Under the pieces are notes generated by a model, which was not told where the DNA came from, ran no database searches, and was given only the letters and a program-made list of their open reading frames with translations. A program made the translations under genes and the position numbers. DNA of 64,000 bases from Ignavibacteriota bacterium (GTDB lineage Bacteria > Bacteroidota > Ignavibacteria > Palsa-1295), in NCBI GenBank assembly GCA_963787835.1, contig CAWBEI010000002.1, positions 1,440,001 through 1,504,000 on the forward strand. The letters run 5' to 3'. How positions within the stretch are numbered: the first letter of the stretch is position 1; each line of letters starts with the position of its first letter. Of this stretch, positions 49,249-57,361 are shown piece by piece.

Positions 49249-50515
49249 AAAAAAGCACCTTCCGGTTCCGGTACAAGTTCATCAGAATTCCCGCCATCAG
49301 CAGATTAGTGAGCAGCGCCGAGCCGCCGTAGCTCATGAAGGGAAGCGGAATGCCAATAACGGGCATCAGCCCAAGTGCCATGCCGATATTCACCGTCACA
49401 TGCAGGAACCATATTCCGGCAATGCCTATCGCGACGACGCTCGAAAAGATACTCCGTACGCTCGATGCAATGGCCACTCCTCGGAAGATCACAAACAGAT
49501 AGAGCAGGAGAATTACAACGGCGCCGACAAATCCGAATTCTTCCGAGGGCACACTGATGATAAAATCCGTCCATTGTTTTGGCACATATCGTAGCTGTGT
49601 TTGTGTGCCTTTCAAATAGCCTTTGCCTAAGATGCCTCCGGAACCGATCGCCATGCGCGTTTGGATCACATTATATCCCGCGCCAAGCGGATCGAGCTCC
49701 GGATTGAGCAGCACCTGCACGCGGTTCCGCTGATACTGATGCAAATGCTCGTAAATAAAATTCGTCGAGAAGGCAATAGCGATCACTACTCCGAATGTAA
49801 ATACCGTGAGTACAAGATTTCTTCGGAAGATAAAAAAGAGGATCGCGCCTCCGGCAAGCACGGCAATGACCGTTGGCGTTTGACCGAACAGCGATAGCAC
49901 GGCAACCAGCGCGGGGATCACAACCGCCGCAAGCAGGAACAGATCAACCCCCGACCATAACAACGTAATGACGAGCAATCCCACGAAAATAACGGCGGTT
50001 CCAGGATCGGGTTCCTTCAAAATGAGCGCCGTGGGGATAAAAACGATCGCGCACACAATGAGCACGTTGGAGATCTTTTCCAGATCGCGGCCTTTATTTA
50101 AATAGGCTCCAACGGTGAAGATCGTTGCGAGCTTTGCGATTTCCGATGGCTGGAACTGAAAACTCCCGATCGCGATCCAACTGCGGTGTCCATAAACAAG
50201 TTTTCCTTTAAACGCGACGAATACCAGCAACGCAAGGCTGATGCCATACAATGGGTATGCGATTGCTTGAAACCAACGAACAGGCAGCATTGCCATGACG
50301 ATCATGCCAGCAATGCCTCCGGCGGCAAACAACAATTGCGAGCCAAAGCGGTTGTTCATGTTCGCCGCGTAGGTTGCGCTATAGATCGCAAAAAATCCCG
50401 CCGTGACCAGCAAGAGCACGGAGAGAAATGTCGTAATGTCGAAATTCTTGATCTCCAGTACATCGCGTACTGCGGATGGACTGGAAAAATCGATCTGATT
50501 GCTTTCGATCGGCAT
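49247..50515 (-). CDS. rodA: SEDS protein RodA
   Basis: FQPSEIAK, EPDPGT, DPLGAGYN..Q...AIGSGG..GKG...GTQ, GIPLPFMSYGG. Confidence 0.96.
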   Translation of the reverse strand: MPIESNQIDFSSPSAVRDVLEIKNFDITTFLSVLLLVTAGFFAIYSATYAANMNNRFGSQLLFAAGGIAGMIVMAMLPVRWFQAIAYPLYGISLALLVFVAFKGKLVYGHRSWIAIGSFQFQPSEIAKLATIFTVGAYLNKGRDLEKISNVLIVCAIVFIPTALILKEPDPGTAVIFVGLLVITLLWSGVDLFLLAAVVIPALVAVLSLFGQTPTVIAVLAGGAILFFIFRRNLVLTVFTFGVVIAIAFSTNFIYEHLHQYQRNRVQVLLNPELDPLGAGYNVIQTRMAIGSGGILGKGYLKGTQTQLRYVPKQWTDFIISVPSEEFGFVGAVVILLLYLFVIFRGVAIASSVRSIFSSVVAIGIAGIWFLHVTVNIGMALGLMPVIGIPLPFMSYGGSALLTNLLMAGILMNLYRNRKVLF

Positions 50516-50551
50516 AGCGGATCTTAATAATCGGAACTTAATATCCGGTGC

Positions 50552-51079
50552 TTACTTCGAGCGCATGCCCGGACGGTGAGGATTCTTTGAACGCGGCGGT
50601 CCCAGTAATTCTCGGGTAACGATAAAGGTGCGAAGTGCATCTTTATCTAAAGGAATTTGGCGGCGTACCACATCGACTTTCTCGTAATTTTGCATCCCAA
50701 GAGAAGAAACGGGCGTAACGATTTCTTCGACCACTTCGTCATTCACAGGCACGATCTTTTTCTTGCGCTTTGCAGATTCCATCAGCGGACGAATGGCTTC
50801 GGGCGGCTCTTCGATGGCTGGCTGTGAGCGGTCTTGATAAGGAGTTGTCGGAAGAGGAATCGAGCGATCGGCACGAACCGGTTGATTCTCTTCGGCGCTT
50901 ACAGGACCTAAAATATCCGCTGGCCGCTGGCTCATTCGAGAGGGACGAGGTGGGGTGGGCATCGTTGACGATGCGCCCTGCGCGGCAGCATCCTTCATCT
51001 TTTGCGCGCGCATCGCCTTCCTGCGAGCCTGCAAGATGCCCCATCCGATGATGACAATTAAATAAATTACAGTTTTCAT
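50552..51079 (-). CDS. Hypothetical membrane-anchored protein
   Basis: N-terminal TM, Pro-rich linker, C-terminal ELLGPPRS. Confidence 0.7.
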   Translation of the reverse strand: MKTVIYLIVIIGWGILQARRKAMRAQKMKDAAAQGASSTMPTPPRPSRMSQRPADILGPVSAEENQPVRADRSIPLPTTPYQDRSQPAIEEPPEAIRPLMESAKRKKKIVPVNDEVVEEIVTPVSSLGMQNYEKVDVVRRQIPLDKDALRTFIVTRELLGPPRSKNPHRPGMRSK

Positions 51080-51082
51080 CGC

Positions 51083-51202
51083 GTAGCCGTGACCTTTAGG
51101 TCACGGTGTGTAGATGTGCGTTCCCGTAGCCGTGACCTTCAGGTCACGGTGTGTAATAGCCATGATATTGTCGTTACACCGCGAGCTAAAGCTCACGGCT
51201 AC
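51083..51202. repeat. REP family 1 cluster (3 copies)
   Basis: GTAGCCGTGACCTT(T/C)AGGTCACGGTG at 51083 and 51126; inverse copy at 51177-51202. Confidence 0.95.
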
Positions 51203-52437
51203 ATTCCAAAAACAATATTTCCCTTCTTCACCACTGCCACCACGTCGCTGACAGCAATATGATATGGCAGATATTCCAGCCGGGGAATATCATACAACAC
51301 GAAGTCCGCCAGTTTATTCCGCTCGATCGAACCATGCGTTTCGGCGCGGCCCAGAGCGGCAGCGCCGTTCAGCGTTGCGGCGGTTAATGCCTCGGTTGGC
51401 GACATCTGCATTCCGATCACGGCAAGTGTCATCGCGAATTGCATATTCTCGCTCATGGCGCTGCCGGGATTGCAATCCGTCGCGATGGCAACAGCGCATC
51501 CGGCATCGATCAGCTTCCGCGCGGGTGCATAATCTGCGCGCAAGCTAAGTGCAGTGATCGGCAACAATGTAGCAACAGTTCGCTCACTATTTGCGAGTGC
51601 CTGGATCCCTTCGTTACTAATTTTTAGAAGATGGTCTGCGCTGTACGCGCCGAGTTCCACTGCTGTTCTTGCGCCATCGGTTTCGGCAAGCTCATCGGCA
51701 TGGAGTTTTATTTTCATTCCCAATGCTTGTGCTGTGTTGCAGATCTGGAGGGTGTTTTCTTTTGAAAAATATCCTTCATCCATAAAGACGTCGCAGAATT
51801 CAGCCAGTTCGTGGAGCGCGGGTAATTGGACGGATCGGACGTGTTGGACATATTCTGATCGTGAGGTTCCATCGGGTACTGCGTGAGCGCCGAGATAGGT
51901 TCTTATTATTTCCATCGGCGTTTCTTCGCCCAGGCGCTTTGCAGCAAGGAGAAGTTTTCGCTCTTCTTCGGTAGCAAGCCCATAACCCGATTTTATTTCC
52001 ATCGTGGTCGTGCCGAGGCTCAATGCGCGCTCAATGATGGGCTTGGAATTTTTCACAATTTCGTCGATGGACGCATGGTGGACAGCGTGGACAGAAGAAA
52101 GAATTCCCCCTCCCATCGCCGCGATCTCCTGATACGATCGGCCTTCGGCGCGCATGGCGAATTCAAGGCATCGTTCTCCTGCGAATACAGCATGTGTGTG
52201 GGAATCGACAAAACCGGGCAGTGCAACAAGGCCGCGGCAATCGACCCGATCAATTTCCCCCACCTTAAGTAGGAGGGGGTCAGCAGGTGGTTTTGACCCA
52301 ACGTATTCGATCGTGCCATCATCACGGACAAGAATGCACGCATTGGACATCTCTTCAATTTTGCCCATTGCTCTGCCCCGCACCAGTGAGAATCCGCGCG
52401 GCGTGTAGAGTTTCCGGATGTTATGATACAACTTCAC
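51199..52437 (-). CDS. hutI: Imidazolonepropionase
   Basis: PGFVDSHTH, GGGILSSV, EIKSGYGL, HADEL, SADHL, ATDCNPGS. Confidence 0.97.
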   Translation of the reverse strand: MKLYHNIRKLYTPRGFSLVRGRAMGKIEEMSNACILVRDDGTIEYVGSKPPADPLLLKVGEIDRVDCRGLVALPGFVDSHTHAVFAGERCLEFAMRAEGRSYQEIAAMGGGILSSVHAVHHASIDEIVKNSKPIIERALSLGTTTMEIKSGYGLATEEERKLLLAAKRLGEETPMEIIRTYLGAHAVPDGTSRSEYVQHVRSVQLPALHELAEFCDVFMDEGYFSKENTLQICNTAQALGMKIKLHADELAETDGARTAVELGAYSADHLLKISNEGIQALANSERTVATLLPITALSLRADYAPARKLIDAGCAVAIATDCNPGSAMSENMQFAMTLAVIGMQMSPTEALTAATLNGAAALGRAETHGSIERNKLADFVLYDIPRLEYLPYHIAVSDVVAVVKKGNIVFGM

Positions 52438-52457
52438 AATACAAAGATACGAGCTTT

Positions 52458-52620
52458 GTAGCCGTAACCTTCAGGTTACGGTGTGAATGAGCAAAGCAGT
52501 TGCAGTCACACCGTGAGCTAAAGCTCACGGCTACGAAATTCCGCGTAGCCGTAACCTTCAGGTTACGGTATGAATGTGCAAAGCTGTTGCATTACACCGT
52601 GAGCTGAAGCTCACGGCTAT
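52458..52620. repeat. REP family 1 array (4 copies, two doublets) 3' of the RAYT gene
   Basis: 52458-52483, 52509-52534, 52545-52570, 52595-52620. Confidence 0.95.
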
Positions 52621-52629
52621 GAGATTCCA

Positions 52630-53112
52630 TCACAATATTCCACCGGTCCATTTTGATAGATCGAACACGGTCGAGCCTTTGAATGGATAATCCTGCCACG
52701 TATCGCAGATCCCCGCACGAACCGGATTATTTAAAATATAGGTGATGAGTTTGGCGAGATCTTCTTGCTCTCGAAGAATATGGTCATAAAAATCTTCTTG
52801 CCATCGAACATCGCTCTGATTTCTTGCAAGCCAGAATCCAGAGTATTGCTTGAACACTCGCATCGCCCCATAAATATCCGATGTGGACTCAAGTCCCGTA
52901 ATAACAACATGCAGATGGTCGGGCATGAAGAGATATACCTCCGATGCACAGTGATACTGTGATAATGCTCGTAATAAATGTTTTTCGTGAATCTCGAACG
53001 TTTCTCTCGTAAGAAAATAATTATGCCGTTGATCAATACACGCTGTAAAGGATGCTCGAACAAATCCTCGATACGTTTCGCGAGGAAGGCGGTGTTTCTT
53101 TTCCTGGATCAT
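52630..53112 (-). mobile_element. REP-associated tyrosine transposase (RAYT, Y1 HUH) no. 1
   Basis: MPDHLH (HUH), WQEDFYDHILR, YILNNPVRAG; flanked by GTAG REPs. Confidence 0.95.
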
Positions 53113-53128
53113 GTAAGTTTGAACAATA

Positions 53129-53323
53129 CACCGTAGCCTAAAGGTTACGGCTACGAATCCCCGTAGCCGTGACCTTCAGGTCACGGTGAATTTTGCGATG
53201 CCGTTGCAGTTACACCGTGAGCTAAAGCTCACGGCTACGAATCCCCGTAGCCGTAACCTTTAGGTTACGGTGTGAATTAATGATGGTGTTGCCGTTACAC
53301 CGTGAGCTAAAGCTCACGGCTAC
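53129..53323. repeat. REP family 1 array (5 copies) 5' of the RAYT gene
   Basis: 53129-53154, 53163-53188, 53213-53238, 53247-53272, 53298-53323. Confidence 0.95.
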
Positions 53324-53358
53324 GTTCGGATGGCGGATAATCGTCGTATTTTTGCACT

Positions 53359-54966
53359 GTGATTACATTAGACGGCAATTCTCTTACTATTGAAGACGTC
53401 GCCCGCGTTGCGCGGGGCGAGGAGCGGGATATAAAAATTTCGGAAGAAGCGAAAGTAAACATCGCTCGCTCACGAGCGCTGGTGGACGAATGGGTCGAGC
53501 GCGGCGAGATCATTTACGGCGTGACGACCGGCTTCGGCGAATTCGCAAATGTCAACATTCCTCATGAGGAGCTTCGTCAGCTTCAGCAGAATTTATTACG
53601 TTCCCACAGCGCAGGAGTTGGTGAACCGCTTGCACCGGAAGTAGTTCGGGCGATGCTGTTGCTTCGCGCGAATGCGCTCGCGAAAGGCTGCTCAGGAATT
53701 CGCCTTGTTGCCATTGAGCAATTATTGAAATTCCTGGCAGCGGATATACTTCCCGTGATCCCATCGCGCGGAAGCGTTGGTTCTTCCGGCGACCTTGCAC
53801 CATTGGCGCATCTGGCGCTTGCGCTAACCGGGGAAGGATATGTTGCGCAAACTTCAGTTTGCGATTCGGTCGAGGGGTCGCAAACTAAAGTTTGCGCTAC
53901 ACGGGAAGCCTTGCAACAGGCTGGTATCGCACCTCTCATTTTAGAAGCCAAAGAAGGGCTTGCGCTCATCAATGGAACTCAAATGATGTCGGCTATCGGT
54001 TGCCTTGCGCTCACCAGAGCGAAACAGCTTGCCGATCTGGCCGATATTGCCGGTGCGATGTCCTTCGAGGCTCTGCGTGCAACGGATACTGCATTCGATC
54101 CGCGCATTCATGCCGCACGCCCGCATAAGGGGCAGCAATTCGTCGCGGAGCGAATGCTTGGCCTCATTGCCGGCAGCGAAATTCGCCAATCGCATCGCGC
54201 GAATGACCCGCGTGTGCAGGATGCCTATTCCGTTCGCTGCATCCCGCAGGTTCACGGCGCTGTGCGGGATACCATAGAGTTCGTTGAGCGGACGTTGACG
54301 ATAGAAATAAACTCAGCGACAGATAATCCGCTTATATTTCCAGATGTAACACAAAATGTAGCGCAAACTTCAGTTTGCGACCCCGCGAATGGGTCGCAAA
54401 CTAAAGTTTGCGCTACAAGTGCACATCTCGAAGGCGGCAACTTCCACGGCGAACCGCTCGCTCTCGCCCTCGATTATCTCGCTATCGCGCTCTCGGAACT
54501 TGCCAGCATTTCCGAACGCCGCACGGAACGGCTAATCAATGGTGCACTTTCGAATGGGTTGCCTCGGTTCCTCACCGACCATGGCGGACTGAATTCCGGC
54601 TACATGATCGCGCAATACACCGCCGCTGCTCTCGTAAGCGAAAATAAAGTTCTCGCGCATCCCGCGAGCGTCGATTCCATCCCCACGAGCGCCAATATGG
54701 AAGATCACAATTCCATGGGATCTATTGCGGCGCTGAAATTGCGAAGTGTTGTGAAGAATGTCGAGACCGTCCTCGCCATCGAGCTGCTTTGCGCCGCGCA
54801 GGGGATCGATTTCCTCGCGCCGCTCAAGCCCGGCAAAGGCACCGGCAGCGCACACGAACGTATCCGCCAGCGCGTCCCGCATTTGGATAAGGATAGGAAT
54901 GTATCCCAGGATATTGCAAAAGTCCTCGAATTAACGCAAGGAAGAGAGTTTTTGAAAAACATCTGA
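53359..54966 (+). CDS. hutH: Histidine ammonia-lyase with two in-frame 20-aa REP-derived segments
   Basis: YGVTTGFG, GSVGSSGDLAPLAH, KEGLALINGTQ, QDAYSVRC.PQVHG, GGNFHGEP, EDHNSMG; next to hutI. Confidence 0.97.
   Translation: MITLDGNSLTIEDVARVARGEERDIKISEEAKVNIARSRALVDEWVERGEIIYGVTTGFGEFANVNIPHEELRQLQQNLLRSHSAGVGEPLAPEVVRAMLLLRANALAKGCSGIRLVAIEQLLKFLAADILPVIPSRGSVGSSGDLAPLAHLALALTGEGYVAQTSVCDSVEGSQTKVCATREALQQAGIAPLILEAKEGLALINGTQMMSAIGCLALTRAKQLADLADIAGAMSFEALRATDTAFDPRIHAARPHKGQQFVAERMLGLIAGSEIRQSHRANDPRVQDAYSVRCIPQVHGAVRDTIEFVERTLTIEINSATDNPLIFPDVTQNVAQTSVCDPANGSQTKVCATSAHLEGGNFHGEPLALALDYLAIALSELASISERRTERLINGALSNGLPRFLTDHGGLNSGYMIAQYTAAALVSENKVLAHPASVDSIPTSANMEDHNSMGSIAALKLRSVVKNVETVLAIELLCAAQGIDFLAPLKPGKGTGSAHERIRQRVPHLDKDRNVSQDIAKVLELTQGREFLKNI
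53842..53901. repeat. REP family 2 doublet in frame within hutH (aa 162-181)
   Basis: GTTGCGCAAACTTCAGTTTGCGA...TCGCAAACTAAAGTTTGCGCTACA. Confidence 0.95.
54358..54417. repeat. REP family 2 doublet in frame within hutH (aa 334-353)
   Basis: GTAGCGCAAACTTCAGTTTGCGACCC...GGGTCGCAAACTAAAGTTTGCGCTACA. Confidence 0.95.
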
Positions 54967-54978
54967 TTTGCCCATCAT

Positions 54979-55058
54979 GTCATCCCCGCGAAAGCGGGGA
55001 TCCAGACCCAAACTTCACTGAAACGTGAGGCCTGGATTCCCGCTTTCGCGGGAATGAC
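54979..55058. repeat. dRS3-like hairpin doublet without a nuclease gene
   Basis: GTCATCCCCGCGAAAGCGGGGATCCA...TGGATTCCCGCTTTCGCGGGAATGAC; the second unit is identical to 33100-33125. Confidence 0.92.
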
Positions 55059-55133
55059 AATCACCAGATTTATTAAATAGGTCAAAAATAAGTCCCTCCT
55101 GCATTATTCCACGAGATTCTTGTTGTCCTCTTC

Positions 55134-56306
55134 ATGAGAAATCGCGTTGTCCTGGGCGTCCTGTTCCTGCTGCTTATCGCCGAAGCGCTTCCCTCGTGCA
55201 AATCGCCGATTTCCCCCACACCCGCTGGGCCAACGCTTACGCTGATCCTTCCTGATTCCGCCCATGTATTCGATACCCTCGCGATTTCAGCACATTTCTC
55301 AGAATCGATCGAACCTACTTGGCTCTTCGCATGGCAATTCGGTGATTCCGCAAAGGCATCGACACGCTGGTTGCCCGTTTCCCACATCTACGATAGTGCT
55401 GGAACGTTCACAGTTCAACTTGCGGTGACGGACACTTTTGCACTCAAAACCATCGCGAAACAGACGGGGCAACTCAAGGTCATGCCCCTGAATACCCCTA
55501 CACTGATGCTCACCGCGCCCGCCACCAACTTCTGGGGAGATTCTTGTCCGATGAGGATTCAGAGTTCCCTTCCATTAAAACCATCCTGGGCTTATTCGTG
55601 GACGTTCGGCGATAGCACGACCCTGACATCTGGGCAAGATTCGATCCTGCATTATTTTGTCACTCCCGGAACATTCACGGTTCGCGTCTCGCTGAGTGAC
55701 ACGCAGCATCACATTCCGCTCGGCTCCCAAACGGCTACGGTGAAAGTAACTGCTCGGCATTTCAATTTGGCATTGTTGCAATCGATGAAGTACGTTGATT
55801 TTCGTTACCAAGCTCGAATATCTTTATCTTCAACCGGTGGTGGGGGTGGTCCTTGCGGGACAATCCCAACAACAGATACATTAACATGGAGTGGTGTCAA
55901 ATTTACTATGAATTCGACCATTAGCTATGAAATTTCAGAACCACAAGTCGAGAAAGACAGTGAATACGGGGTGTATTCTATTAATGGTACAATGAATAAT
56001 GATAGTTCCGAGTTAGATATTTTCTCAGGGAATATTTTTTACACGTCTCAGGATTTTAATTATATGGAAAATTCTGGATGCTATACCACCTATGATAACT
56101 TTTTCGATGCAGAAGCTGTGCCACTTTTAAGACAATCTGATACTGATGTTGTTTTCAAAGCCAGAGGTAACCTTATTAAGAATGCGCGCTATGGAAATAT
56201 TTTTTCTGGAGCTGTACCACATACTGGACAGTTCTCTGTTGACGATACTGCCGTCTTTAGCGATCAGTCTGCAGATCCTTACGTCACCATCCGCTTCCAC
56301 AAATAA
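55134..56306 (+). CDS. Lipoprotein with two PKD domains
   Basis: LPSC lipobox; WQFGDS...HIYDSAGTFTVQL and WTFGDS...HYFVTPGTFTVRV. Confidence 0.8.
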   Translation: MRNRVVLGVLFLLLIAEALPSCKSPISPTPAGPTLTLILPDSAHVFDTLAISAHFSESIEPTWLFAWQFGDSAKASTRWLPVSHIYDSAGTFTVQLAVTDTFALKTIAKQTGQLKVMPLNTPTLMLTAPATNFWGDSCPMRIQSSLPLKPSWAYSWTFGDSTTLTSGQDSILHYFVTPGTFTVRVSLSDTQHHIPLGSQTATVKVTARHFNLALLQSMKYVDFRYQARISLSSTGGGGGPCGTIPTTDTLTWSGVKFTMNSTISYEISEPQVEKDSEYGVYSINGTMNNDSSELDIFSGNIFYTSQDFNYMENSGCYTTYDNFFDAEAVPLLRQSDTDVVFKARGNLIKNARYGNIFSGAVPHTGQFSVDDTAVFSDQSADPYVTIRFHK

Positions 56307-56308
56307 CC

Positions 56309-57223
56309 ATGCGGTCTCGTAATATTCTTAGTCTCTTGCTCCTGCTGCTTATCACCGCAGCTCTTCCCTCGTGCAAGTCGCCGACGGCAACCACGCAATC
56401 TTCCTTGTTTACGTTGATTTTGCCGGACTCAACCGTAGCATGGGGTGATTCTGCGATGATGATGGTCGTTCCGGCGAAGCCACTGAGTTCATCATCTATT
56501 TTTACCTGGACGTTCGGAGATAGTTCATCTCTCGTTTCACGCAATGATACCATCATCCATTATTATCCAGATACGGGTGTGTTTTCCGTGAAGGTTGCTT
56601 TGAATGACACATCGAATAGATCCCAACACGGTACGGAATCTGGGATGGTGGCCGTCGCGGCGCGGCATTTCAATTTGGCGCTGTTGCAGTCGATGCCGTA
56701 TGTGGATGTTCAATGTTCGGGAAAAACCATTGTTGCATCGAATAATATTCTAACTTGCTCTCCCTGTGGTCCTGGCCTTGTAGAGGTGACGTCCTCATTA
56801 CAATTGACATGGACGAATTCAAATTTCAGCGGATCGTACTCTGAATTTAAGAACGATACAGTCGGTAATACATTCAACGATTTAAATGCTTGGCAGACGA
56901 TATTAGGTTCGTATGATAAGAATCTTACTAAAATCGTAAGCTATTCATTGCAGTCAAGCATAGATCAATCTGAAAGCTTTTCAGGTTCAGAGTCATGTGT
57001 TCAACAAAGTTCATCTTCGGGATCATTTGTACAAATCCCCTTCAAGCATCAATCAGATTCTGAAGTCGTTTTCGAAGCAGTAGGAACACTTACTTTAAAA
57101 GACAGTTGTGCCTCCGGTTGCAGTGGATATAATCCAGGTGAAGGGAATCCTCAATATAATTCCCACGTTGATTTTGCCGATACAACTGTTACTCCTTACG
57201 TCATCATCCGCTTCCACAAATAA
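56309..57223 (+). CDS. Lipoprotein with one PKD domain (paralog)
   Basis: LPSC lipobox; WTFGDS...HYYPDTGVFSV; shares ARHFNLALLQSM and IRFHK with the previous gene. Confidence 0.8.
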   Translation: MRSRNILSLLLLLLITAALPSCKSPTATTQSSLFTLILPDSTVAWGDSAMMMVVPAKPLSSSSIFTWTFGDSSSLVSRNDTIIHYYPDTGVFSVKVALNDTSNRSQHGTESGMVAVAARHFNLALLQSMPYVDVQCSGKTIVASNNILTCSPCGPGLVEVTSSLQLTWTNSNFSGSYSEFKNDTVGNTFNDLNAWQTILGSYDKNLTKIVSYSLQSSIDQSESFSGSESCVQQSSSSGSFVQIPFKHQSDSEVVFEAVGTLTLKDSCASGCSGYNPGEGNPQYNSHVDFADTTVTPYVIIRFHK

Positions 57224-57234
57224 TCGCGAATCTC

Positions 57235-57311
57235 GTAGCCGTGACCTTCAGGTCACGGTGTGAATCAGCAACGGTATTTCATTTACACCGTGAGCTAAAG
57301 CTCACGGCTAC
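57235..57311. repeat. Isolated REP family 1 doublet (REPIN-like)
   Basis: 57235-57260 and inverse 57286-57311. Confidence 0.95.
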
Positions 57312-57361
57312 AAGGTTATGCGAACGCCCTTCCTACGAAAGCGCGTTTCATCAGGCAACTC

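Noticed and set aside
52458-53323. CRISPR array
   Set aside because: The repeats alternate in orientation, carry GTAG tags, have similar short spacers and flank a RAYT gene. No cas genes are present.
53842-54417. Inteins or introns in hutH
   Set aside because: The segments are only 20 aa, lack splicing motifs and match the REP2 DNA palindrome.
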